Assembly: GCA_030390025.1 (NCBI GenBank)
Contig: CM059425.1
Coordinates: 162,876,001-162,940,000 of the forward strand
Reading direction: 5' to 3'
Origin: Squalus acanthias
Taxonomy: Eukaryota
DNA length: 64,000 nt
Numbering within the stretch: the first letter of the stretch is position 1; each line of letters starts with the position of its first letter. Made by a program: the position numbers and the translations under genes. This document shows positions 25,933-37,919 of this stretch, one piece after another. The notes under the pieces were generated by a model. That model was not told where the DNA came from, ran no database searches, and worked only from the letters and a program-made list of their open reading frames with translations.

Positions 25933-26837
25933 AATTCCAATAAAGGAATGAGCTTCATTGCACATTCTTTCAGCCTTGAAGTGAGAGTTCTGGTATTCCT
26001 GGTTCCCCACCAACTACTGTCCACTCTTTCTGCTCCTTCAAAGAATTGTGGCCCCATCAATTGCTGCAAGATGAAAGCATCATAATTTCTCTGGGGTATC
26101 TTGCAGTTACCTCCATTATTCAGTTCTGATGGTGTGAAACTATTTGCAAGCTGATGAAATGAAATCCATATTGGTCAGTTTATGCTGTGGGCTTGTTGTT
26201 TGGCACCCTGCTGGTTACAGCATCGCACGCTCGTCAGTTCTCTCCTTTTCATTTGGAAAATGATATATGTGCTGTCTCCGGCAGACAAGGCTGCAGTCAC
26301 CTGCTTGATACATTGGTGTACAGAGTACTAACTTATCTGACAAATGTCACCAAAAGTGGCTTGAAATGAGGCAGCAGCTTAAAAATTGAAAGGTTCAGTA
26401 CAGGTACTCAGCAAATCAAAAGCTGCACTGCAAAAATACACAGGGAGTCTGGAGTAGGACCAATTTACATACTTGTGTAGGTAGTGAAGTCTGCGCATGC
26501 CCAAAGTGTTGCCTCAAAAACCTCATAAACCTTTGCTTTTGTGGAATCAGAAGGTCAACAACGAATGGGCTGAGGTCTACCCTCTCAACACTGCTGGTGA
26601 GCTACGCCCTGAGCACATCACTGCAGAATCAGACTTTATGATTTTTTTTGATAATGGGCTGGATTTGTTGGAGTGGGGCCTCTCACGCGTGCCCTGTTAG
26701 TGAAACTTTTCTCTTCACCCTTCAGCTCAAAACTGTTTTGTGCCGTAACTTGCAGGAACTGCGAGCTGATAATGGCACGGCGAGGGCAACAGGGCATCTG
26801 GGACCTTAGTGAATGGCTGATCAACAGGGTATCTCCT
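25933..26837 (-). repeat. Right arm of the inverted duplication
   Basis: ORFs 22516..22698(-) and 26187..26369(+) differ by one residue. Confidence 0.92.
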
Positions 26838-28907
26838 ACTCAACTCCAGCAAATTCATCCAATACAGAGCATCTCCCATTGAAATAAATAACCCAATGAA
26901 GTAAAGTCACCCCTGAATTACATTCACCTAAGATCAATCCAAACCCAACCATAACCGTAACCCCAAATCCAACCCTAACCCTAAGCCTCAGACGACTCTC
27001 ACTGTCAAACCAACTGCAACCCGAACCCAAAACCTAACCTTAACCCCAAACATAACCTAGAAAGATAGTCTTAGCCTGTTGTGCCCGAATCAAGTGACCC
27101 GAGAATTGATAGAAATTTGTCCTCGCGCCTCATCTACATACTCGAAGCAAGCTACCATGCTGGCCATGCCTCCACAGGCAGTTTTCCCAACAAAAAAACA
27201 ACAATTTAGGGCCGCTGCCTCAGGAGGATTGGAGCGGGCTCCAGGAAAGGTGGGCAATCACAACACCTACAGAGTTGTGAGAGCACTCCTGCTGTTCCTG
27301 GCTGTTATCTTTAGTTGGCGGTCGCGGGGTCAGTAAAGAATCCTGACATTCATCAATAACTAATTTTGTAAAGGAATCCTTCAACAGGCGCTATGCTCCT
27401 CATTAACATATGCAAGCGGCCCAATGCTGTTTTAGGCATCCATTCGGAAGTCCTAGAAAATGGGCCCCATAAGTTTAGCAGTGGGACCAATGCCTGTGCA
27501 GATTGGGCACAGCCATCCCACTGCTGAATTGATATGCTGCGTGCCAGTTTCCACATACCAATTTCTACACCATTATTCCAGGGGAAGTTTTTTTTTAAGT
27601 TATACCACCAGTAACAAGGCTGGTGACAACTACAAGGTTATGGGAGTGGTAACAAGATAGGAGGGTTTGGGGGTGACAATCTTTTAAGAGCCACCAAACT
27701 TCCAAAGAAAAGAGCTGGAAATCCTGTAACCGCATCACCCGCGCATCATGTGCACATGCCGTGTAGATTTACTTTTAACTGGAGAGACTGAGTATCTGAC
27801 TGTGCAAGCATGAATAATGAGCTTTATTTAATGCTTGTTGTAAATCTAGAGTTTTACATGCAGTACAAAGTCAAGACTGATTGGAAATGTGAGCACAGGT
27901 CACAGCTGCTCCATAAACCGCTTATAACAGAAGTCCGATTTTGGAAGTCAACCTCTCGTGCCCGAATAGCATTGGAATCACATCCGATGACCTATTGCTT
28001 TGTATACTGTAGAGACGTCCCCGGCGTCAGCTTAGAACAGGTGTTAGGTCTCTTGATTATACTAATAAGGGGTCTGATGTCTGTTTTTAGGACTCATTCC
28101 AGAAATTTGCTTACCCTGCTTTCTTCAGGATTATTTGGTTTACACGCAGCCTAACCACCGGTCCTTAAAGGGACCGTTGGAGGCTGCACCAAAAAGGAAA
28201 GCTTTTAAAATAATTTTAAAGTCACTTATCTTAATGTGAAGTTGGTAGGAGCACTCCTGCTCCTCCCAGCTCCTTAGCACTACTGCAGGTCGCTGCCAGC
28301 CCCCACTCAGCCCCCCTCTCCTGTTCGCTTCCCCGCCCCTTCCCGGGATGTACCTGCAGGCATTGCCGGCATGGCAACAGTCCTTGCGTCACCCATGAGC
28401 TGCCTGTGAATACGCAGTACGCTCAGTCACTCAGAATCTGATGATAGATTCCAGTAACTTTCCCACAATTGATGTTAAACTGACAGGTCTGTAGTCACCT
28501 GTTTTTTCCCTCCCTCATTAATGCCCGAGCACCAAGATGTGAATCGTTCCTGCTCCTCCACGGCTTATTTACAAATCCACTTTTTTAAAAACTGTTGAGC
28601 TGTAATGAAAACGCTGCTGAATTCTTGGCTGTGAGCCACGCCTAGAAGGCACTATGTGAATTTACAACAGGCCTCATTACTTTGTGGGGTCTGAGTAGGG
28701 GAAAGTTTATACTATATTGCAAGATGCTGCACACATTATTAAGTAGTGCATTAGTCTAGGAAACATAACACATTACAAAAGAGTGAAATAAGCCTCCAAC
28801 ATACCTTTCGTCAACATTGGTCAATGTTATTATTATTTCTTGGCACCTAAGGTTAAAATGAAAAGTAGAACAAAGGTCGCTATTGATAGCTGCCCTGTGA
28901 CTATGTG

Positions 28908-30776
28908 CCTGACATAGACATACGCACCAAATCATAGCTTTCAGCCAACATCCCAGATTCCTCCATCACCATCCCTGGGTATGTCCTATCCCACTGGCAG
29001 GACAGACCCACCAGAGGTGGCGGCACAGTGGTATACAGTCAGGAGGGAGTGGCCCTGGGAGTTCTCAGCATTGACTCTGGACCCCATGAAGTCTCATGGC
29101 ATCAGATCAAACATGGGCAAGGAAACCTCCTGCTGATCACCACCTGCCACCCTGGCTTAGCTGATGAATCAGCACTCCTCCATATTGAACAGAACTTGGA
29201 AGAAGCAAGGGTACAGAATGTACTCTGGGTGGGGGACTTCAATGTCCATGACCAAGAGTGGCTCGGTAGCACCAATACTGACTGAGCTGGCTGAGTCCTG
29301 AAGGATATAACTGCCAGACTGGACCTACGGCAGGTGGTGAGAGAAGCAACATAAGGGAAAAACCTACTTGACCTCGTTCTCGCCAATCTACCTGTCGCAG
29401 ATGCATCTGTCCATGACAGTATTGGTAGCAGTGGCCACCGCACAGTCATTGCGGAGACGAAGTCCCATCTTCACACTGAGGACACCCTCCATCATGTTGT
29501 GTGGCACTACCACCGTGCTAAATGGGATAGATTCAGAACAGATCTAGCAGCTCAAAACTGGGCATCCATGAGATGCTGTGGGACATCACCAGCAGCAGAA
29601 TTGTATTCCGCCACAATCTGTAACCTCATGGCCCGGCATATCCTACACTCTACCATTACCATCAAGCCAGGGGACCAACCCTGGTTCAATGAGCAGTGTA
29701 GAAGAGCAGCAAAGGCTATGAGCCCTGACAACATCCCAGCTGTCATGCTGAAGACTTGTGCTCCAGAACTAGCTGTGCCTCTATCCAAGCTGTTCCATTA
29801 CAGCTACAAACACAGGCATCTACCCGACAAAGTGGAAAATTGGCCAGGGATGTCCTGTCCACAAAAAGCAGGACAAATCCAGTCCATCAGTCCCCATCAG
29901 TCTACTCTCAATCATCAGCAAAGTGATGGAAGGTGACATCAACAGTGCTATCAAGTGGCACTTACTCACCAATGCTCAGTTTAGGTTCCGCCAGGACCAC
30001 TCAACTCCAAACCTCATCACAGCCTTGGTCCAAACATGGACAAACGAGCAGAATTCCAGAGGTGAAGTGAGAGTGACTGCCCTTGACATCAAGGCAGCAT
30101 TTGACCGTGTGTGACATCGAGGAGCCCTAGTAAAATTGAAGTCAATGGGAATCAGGGGGAAAATTCTTCACTGGCTAGAGTCATATCTAGCACAAAGGAA
30201 GATGGTTGTGGTTGTTGGAGGCCAATGATCTCAGCTCCAGGACATCGCTGCAGGAGTTCCTCGGGTCTGTGTCCGAGGCCCTTCAGCTGCTTCATCAATG
30301 ACCTTCCGTCCATCATAAGGTCCAAAGTGGGGATGTTTGCTGATGATTGCACTGTGTTCAGTTAAATTCGCAACCCCGTAGATAAGGAAGCAGTCCGTGC
30401 CCTCATGCAGCAAGACCTGGACAATATTCAGGCTTGGACTGATAAGTGGCAAGTAACATTCACACCACACAAGTGCCAGGCAATGACCATCTCCAACAAG
30501 AGAGAGTATAACCATCTCCCCTTGACATTTAATTGTATTACCATCATCGAATTCGCCATCATCAACATCCTTGGAAATATATCGTCATTCCTTCATAGTC
30601 GCTGGGTCAAAATCCTGGAACTCCCTCCCTAATAGCACTGTGTGAGTACCTTCACCACACGGACTGCTGCGGTTCAAGAAGGCGTCTCACCACCACCTTC
30701 TCAAGGGCAATTAGGGATGGGCAATAAATGCTGGCCTTGTCAGCGACGCCCACATCCCGTGAATGAATTAAAAAAA
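28908..30776 (+). mobile_element. Second non-LTR retrotransposon family (CR1/Jockey group, endonuclease plus RT), decayed
   Basis: VGDFNVH, PWFN, KAMSPDNIP, ALDIKAAFDRV and MFADD motifs; A-rich tail. Confidence 0.9.
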
Positions 30777-31094
30777 TGAGCAGTGGTCCTAATACCGACC
30801 CCTGGGGGACAGTATTGCATGCTCCAGTCTGAAAAACAACTGTTCACCACTACTCTCTGCTTTCTGTCCATTAGCCAATTTCATACCGATGCTACCACTG
30901 CCCCTTTAATCCCACAGGCTTCAATTTTGATGACGAGTCTATTATGTGGTACTTTATCAAATGCCTTTTGAAAGTCCAAATACACATCAACTGCACTACC
31001 CTCATTAACCCTCTCTGTTACTTCATCAAAGAACTCAAACAAGTTAGTCAAACACAATTTGCCTTTAACAAATCCATGCTGGCTGTCACTGATT

Positions 31095-32758
31095 TGTAAG
31101 GTTTCCAAAATTTGCAGATCCCCAAAACCTAAGGAAAAAGGACTTTGGAACTACCTCAGACGATGAAAATGCATTTGGGCCTAACATAAGGAATTTAAGA
31201 CTAAAAACCAAGTTTTGGCATTTTAAAAAACATGTCTGGGCCTGTAAAGGGAGAAAAGGCTGTGAAGGAAGTTGGGTTCGACCTCTGTAAAAGCAGTTTG
31301 GGTATTGCAGTTAATTGCAATGTCTGGGGAACCGGGATGATCTCACTCAAAAGCCCTAACACGTATTAACATTTTGACAATAGACCCTAGGAGAAGACAG
31401 CCCCACCCAAAACAATAGGTCCCATCAAACCGATTACAAGGCCCATCAAGAAACATGCATAATACAGAGCACCCAGGACTAGGCTATAGATCAGCCTAAG
31501 AACCCAAAACACAAAACCCATCACCAGCAATCAGCCAAGAAAATCGACAGGATGCAAACCATCCCAAAAACCCATTTGACACTTACAGAGCAGTTACTGT
31601 TAGCAGGTCCGCCAAATTCAGACAATGAACTGAACAGATTTGGCGGGTAGATAAGACCATATTCAATGGGTCAGATTGAAGGCCTGTTAAAACCCAATTA
31701 ACGTGCTAGTAAATCGTTACCGATTTACGAGCCCGCCAAAACTAGACAATGAACTAAACAGATTTGGTGGGTAGATAAGGCCACTTCAATTCTGTATAAT
31801 TGAAGGCCCACCAAGCACACACGAGGAGAAGCAGGAGAGAGAAGAAGGAAGGAGAGCCAGCGAGAAGAGGAGAGACCAAGATGAAGAAGGCCCGAGCTGG
31901 AAGCGAGTCGGCATCGTTCACCACTCAGACACACCTGAGTCCAGCTCGCGAAAACACCATCTTGACAGACCTCCAACCACGGCCCCAACACAGCCACCCG
32001 GAGCAACAAGCAGCAACCAGTCACCGACGGCTCCACGAGGTCGACCAACACACCAACCAAGACCTAAAGCCATCGCGGAAACCAAAGGCCTCACGAAACC
32101 AACAACCACGCATTACCCCCAACTGACCGGGTAATCGCAGGCCACCGCGACCAACAAAGACCAACTCCAGGGAAGAAAACCCGAAGAATCGCAAAGTTTC
32201 CACACTACAAACTACTCCTGACTTACCCCTGGGTAAGATTTTCCCCAAAGACTCTAAGCCCTACTGCTGAACTAAAGAAATTGGGTACTCACCAGATAAA
32301 TCCATAACGACATCCTACTGCATCAGCGGACTCACGAAGACTGACCAGAGACCCAGGTGAAGTCCTCTACCGCATACGCGGTACGGCAGACACTAACCGC
32401 CATAAACAGCAAAAACCGCGATTTAGCCCAACTGTCAAAGGATTGGTGAGCATTATCCCTGGTCCTTCAAAACCTAACTTAACTAGTAAAGTGGGGTTGG
32501 GAGGGGTGAAGTATTGTCCTACTGTCATTTCCCTCGCTTGTACCGAAGTGTTCCCCACCTTTAGAGTGATAAGAGTGTCATTATTTGTGTCTTACCTTTT
32601 AATAAAGATTGAAGTTCTTTCATCAAACTCAGTTGTCTGCTGCACCTTTTGTATCACAACCCCCAAATAAGTCCAAGGTCTAGAACCAAGGGAGTGGGAG
32701 CGATTTGAACCGCTCAGAAGTCAGAGGTAAAGCTGACACAAAAACACCACCCCCTACA
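31095..32758 (+). mobile_element. Solo LTR (1664 bp) inserted in a minus-strand CR1 fragment
   Basis: TGTA...TACA termini, 4-bp TSD GATT/GATT, AATAAA at 32601; CR1 reading resumes across it; 3'-truncated copy at 40972-42204. Confidence 0.85.
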
Positions 32759-32798
32759 GATTTGCTAAGTTTTTCCAAGTGACAAGTTCCGAATTTAT

Positions 32799-33636
32799 GA
32801 GCGCGATCTTGCCAGCAGTGCTATGGAGGCAGGACTGCTGGGAAAATGGCAGAATCTGGGGGCGGGTGCCCATCCCGCTCCTAACCCGCCTCCATGCCAT
32901 CTTGCCAGGAGGCAGATAGCCGACCCACGCCAGGGTCCCGTCTCCTTGGAGGCGGGAAGGGGATTACAGCCACTTAACTGCCTGTTAACAGGTAGTTAAC
33001 AGACAGATAAGAGGATTATCCCCATTTTACCCACACAAGTGCGGGCTTCCCGAAGGCTGCGAACCCCGCCAGGGTCACCGAGGCGAGTAGTGGGTCTGCG
33101 GGGGTCTGCGGGGTGCAAAAGTGTGCTGTGAAGGTAAGTGATGGGTGCAAGTGTGGAGAGGTGAGTATGTGAGATAAGTGGAAAGTGTTAGAAAAAGTTT
33201 ACTTACCTTTGTTTCTTCCTGCAGGCTTCAATCGTTGGGGATGCGGAGAGTCTCGCATCTCCGCGGCAGAGATGACAGATGGCTGCTGCATTCTCCAATG
33301 CAACAACCATCTAATTTCTGCTAAAGAAAGAGGTTTGATAAGTCTTGAATACAAGAACTCATCAAACTACAGAGAATGTCAGTGTTTGACAGCTTCACAG
33401 AGTTGTCAAACAATGACAATTCATCTGTCAAAAATTTTTGACAGATGAAACGTCATACGCTGAGGTTCTCTGTAACCGGCTTCTCCTTAATTGGCCTGCT
33501 AAACCCGCTGGGCGGGCTTAACAAGGGCAATCAAGGGAAAATAGTATGGGTTGGCCAGAAGTCGATGGAGGCGGGACTAAAACCCGACAACTGGGAGTCC
33601 CGCCTCCAAAAGCTCCCCACTGGCAAAATCCAGCCC
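32799..33636. mobile_element. Harbinger-type MITE inserted in CR1
   Basis: Termini gagcgcgatcttgccag / ctggcaaaatccagccc; CR1 (YRPVSLMSVVGKLLET) resumes at 33637. Confidence 0.75.
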
Positions 33637-34929
33637 ATTGTCTCCAAAAGTTTCCCCACCACCGACATTAGGCTGACTGGCCTGTAGTTGCCTGGTTTAA
33701 CCCTCTCCCCTTTTTTGAACAAGGGTGTAACATTTTCAACACTCCAGTCCTCTGGCACCACTCCCATATCTAAAGAGGACAGGAAGATTGTGGCCAGAGC
33801 CTCCACTATTTCCACCCTTACTTCCCTCAGAATGAATCCCATCCGGACCAGGTGACATTATAGCTTGATTTTTTTTCTCTCTCTGAATGTGGGATATGCC
33901 ACCAATTAGTGTTTTCTACCCTCCAGTGTGAAAGCAAGACAATGCTAGGGCTAATAGTTTTCATGAAGCAGTGCAGTTGAAGATTTACCTCATCATGTGT
34001 GAAATTTGACATTTTTGTACTGTGGTTGTGATGCCAGCAGTAAGCTCCTCCTCCTGAAGAGCAGTTCCACATAAATAGGAACATCTGGGGTGTTTTAATT
34101 GATAAACATTTACTCTTGTAGAACTTGCAAACCCTGCCAAGCCATGCAGATAAAACGACGATACACTAGAGACTGATATTTCAAAACTGTTCCTCACACA
34201 ATGCACAAGCCTAAGCATGTGAAAACTATGTAAAAAATGCAAAGTGCAGATACGTATGTGAGAGAAAAGACAGCTAGAGGTTACAGAACAGAAAAGATTT
34301 TGTTTCACTGCAGGTTCAGAATGTATATGAGCTGAAAAATAAAGTTGCCACTTGTGCACTGAATTATCCAGTTTATGAGAGTCATCCAGAAATGTCTCAA
34401 TTTCAAACTAGAGATAATACTAGCTTTTAAAAAGCAAGTAGAATGTTTCCAATTGCTTCTGTGCCTTCCAATGTGGAAATGTCAGTTGTTAAGATTTTAA
34501 ATTAATTTTCATCCGCAGCAAAGAAAATGTAAAAACTTAAATCATGATCTCACAGCCCTCCCCCATGTCATGCCTCTATCCTGCCTCCATTTATTTGGAC
34601 TCAGCAAGAGATGGCCATCTAGCCTTAGCTGAACACCAGCTAACAGGTATAGATAGATAGTGACCATGAAAATTAAGGTAAATGAACTAGGGAAATAAAA
34701 GCTAATAACCTGGCTAAAACCAGGCTGGTGACACTTGCTTTTATCACTTGTTAGCCACTATTTGGAAGTGTTTGGTCTCAGGGCAAGGAAGAGTTGCATG
34801 TGTTTCATTCCATAAGATGTGTTCTACAGCAGGGGTTCTCAGCCGGGGGTCCGCTCAAAGATTTCAAGGGGACTGCCATAAATAAGCCCCGGGATTTTAA
34901 AAAAAAGAAAAAAAGAAAAATACACCGTG

Positions 34930-35870
34930 TACAGGGCACAATTTCAAAATTTGCAGATGACACAAAACTTGGAAGTATAGTGAACAGTGAGGAGAAAAGT
35001 AACAGACTTCAAGAGGACATAGACAGGCTGGTGGAATGGGCGGACACGTGGCAGATGAAATTTAACGCAGAAAAGTGTGAAGTGATACATTTTTGTAGGG
35101 AGAACAAGGAGAGGCAACATAAACAAAAGGATACAATCCTAAAGGGGGTGCATGAACAGAGAGACCTGGGGGTATACGTGCAGAAATTGTTGAAGGTGGC
35201 AGGGCAGGTTGAGAAAGCGGTTAAAAAAGCAGACGGGGTCCTGGGCTTCATAAATAGAGGCATACAGTAAGGAAAAGCAAGGAAGTTATGGTGAACCTTT
35301 ATAAAACACTGGTTCGGTCTCAACTGGAGTATTGTGTCCAATTCTGGGCACCGCACTTTAGGAAGGATGTGAAGGCCTTAGAGAGGGTGCAGAAAACATT
35401 TACAAGAATGGTTCCAGGGATGAGGGACTTCAATTACGTGGATAGACTGGAGAAGCTGGGGTTGTTCTCCTTAGAGCAGAGCAGGTTGAGAGGAGATTTG
35501 ATAGAGGTATTCAAAATCATGAGGGGTCAAGACAGAGTAGATAGAGAGAAAATGTTCCCGTTGGCGGGAGGGCCGAGAACCAGAGGACACAGATTTAAGG
35601 TGATTGGCAGAAGAACCAAAGGCGACATGAGGAAAAACTTTTTTACGCAGCGAGTGGTTATGATCTGGAATTCACTGCCTGAGAGGGTGGTGGAGGCAGA
35701 TTCAATCATGGCTTTCAAAAGGGAATTGGATAAGTAGCTGAAGGAAAACATTTTGCAGGTCTACAGGACAAGGGCGGGGGAGTGGGACTAGCTGAAGTGC
35801 TCTTGCAGAGAGCCGGCACGGACTCGACGGCCCGAATGGCCTTCTGTGCTGTAACCATTCTATGATTCTA
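34930..35870 (+). mobile_element. 5'-truncated CR1 (duplicate at ~42494-43433)
   Basis: SKFADDTKL and LEYCVQFW motifs; tail attctatgattctat. Confidence 0.93.
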
Positions 35871-36778
35871 TAAAGGTGAGATCGAGTTGAGAAAACTGGC
35901 GGCTCCAGCCCTGACTTGGAGCTCTGTTGCCCCCGACCCCGGAACATCTGTGTGATAACAGCGGCAGCTGCTACTGATCCCAACCCCCACTCACTGAGAA
36001 GGGAGAGGAGCGGCGGTTGCTGAGCGCAGCTCCCCCGGCTCGAGCTCTCCTTCCTCTGCTCTCCTCTTGCCAGGCCCCGCTGTATATTTCGTTCCCCCCC
36101 ACAATTGTCCGAATGCCACGTTGCGTGAGTTGTTGTTCCGCCTCCCCCAGGCTAATTGGGGCAGTTACTCTTCTACTTTCACCCCTCACTCCCTGAATCC
36201 TCTCACTGCTATACGTCACCAGCGGCAACTGTAACCCATTCAGAATTTTTTTTGTCCTATTTTTGTTAATCGCGCGGTTTTGATTGTCAATCAAATGAAG
36301 AAAGGGCAAGGAAATACGCTGCAGCTGCAATGGGGAAAGGTGCTGCTGGGGTCAAACAGTGATGCTGTCTTTGTGGAGGAAGAAGAGTAGGAAACTATTA
36401 GGATTGACACTTATTACCAGCAAAACTGAAACAGTTTGCAAAGTCATTTAAATATTCTGCATTGTCTAATTTTTCCTCCCATTTTCTCTCCTGCTGTCTT
36501 CAAAGTGTTGATTCATACTGTAGTATAGTTACAAGGGTACTTTGGTGCCTAACCTCATTCATTCTTCACCTGCGAGCCTATACCTTGAGTGTTAGCAGTC
36601 TGGCTCTACCAAGGAGGGCATCAAAGGCAGCCCTGATTGTTCACAACCAATGTTGGCCTGCAGCTAGGATTTCAACCTTCCAGGATTGTCCTGGAGTCGA
36701 GTCGCCAGGAATAAAACATTAATGTGGACACTGCTGCGAGCAATTTGGGAGAAAAATCATGTAGGCCTTCAAAAAATT

Positions 36779-37564
36779 GGGGGGAAAATTCTGCTGGTAA
36801 TGCCTCCCATTAGCGCCTCCGGGGGGCGCTAGGAACTTAGTGCCTGAGCGCAGCGATTTTAGCGCCGCTCGCGAAATTGACCAGTCATTTTGCGGCGGCA
36901 CTAAACACTACCGCCACGATCTCCTGCGCCCGCAAATCGTGACGTCAGTCAAGCGTGCAACGCCCCAGTAGCGCCCCAGACTGGATATTGAGTAGCGCCC
37001 TCTGCCTTAGCGCCTGCTGCTAGGAACGACAGGTAGAAGGAAACGTTTTGAAGTCGGGAAGGGGCTGGGGGAGTGCTATTTAAAGGCGGGTGCTTCCTGC
37101 CTTTTCTTGTCGGCAAAATTTTTGGTTTTAACACTGTCCTAAGGAGTTTTGGCCCTCAGCACCACTTTTGAGGTTCCTAAGAGCCGAGCTCTTTCCCTCG
37201 GTCTATCCATTAGTGCTTCCAATACAATTGCTTTTGAGGTCTCTCCAGGCCGAGATTCAAGGCTGCAAAGGGCAGGGAGTGGCTGGCCAGCATGATGGCC
37301 CCTCCCCTTTAAGAACTGGACGGCACCAGTCTGTCTGGCTTCCATGGTAATTGGCATTGCCTGAGCTTCGGTAGCGTTCTGAAGTAGCACCTCGCTCCCT
37401 GACGTTTGCGCCTTAAGAGAGGTGTGTAGCGCCTGATTTCGCGCTCAAATCACCTCCAGGGGCGATAGAGGCGAATTTTGCAGTCGGAGGCGATAATTAG
37501 GCGCTAAACTTTGCGCCCAGCCGATATTAGCACCCCAAAATGGGCGATACCGAATTTTTCCCCC
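36779..37564. mobile_element. Harbinger-type MITE
   Basis: TIR ggggggaaaattc / gaatttttccccc; ATT/ATT TSD; many subterminal (t)agcgcc motifs. Confidence 0.88.
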
Positions 37565-37919
37565 ATTGTGTTTTGTTCATTTTCATTGTACACTTTTGTT
37601 TATTAGTTATAAAAATATTGGAAATGGGGGAAAAAAGGCTGTTTGACTGACAATTAAGCAGAGAACCGGGACCAGCTGATGTGCCGGGAACAGTCAGTGA
37701 GCGAGTCGGGGGTTGCATGGGAAAGAGGGAGACTGGGGGGTCAGGTATTTGGGGCTCATGTGGAGGGAAAGAGGGAGTGGAATGGGCGTGGGGACCAGCA
37801 TTTTCCGCAGTGCCGGGAAATCAGCAACAGCAGTAACATAGTGACTGGGAGCAGCGCTGAGAGAATTTTAAACAGAAAAATTACTTGTGTTGTGTTACAG
37901 GAGGTCTATGGAATTTTAA

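Larger units (their letters stand above)
28455..36276 (+). repeat. Direct segmental duplication, copy 1
   Basis: Near-identical to 37920-43848; offsets 9465, 9877 and 7564 between matching ORFs. Confidence 0.97.

Noticed and set aside
31800..32126. 108-aa ORF conserved at 41677
   Set aside because: It lies in an A/C-rich LTR; conservation only reflects the recent duplication
33989..34220. RING-finger-like reading (ACALCEEQF...CSYLCGT)
   Set aside because: It needs several frameshifts and the Cys/His spacing is unconvincing
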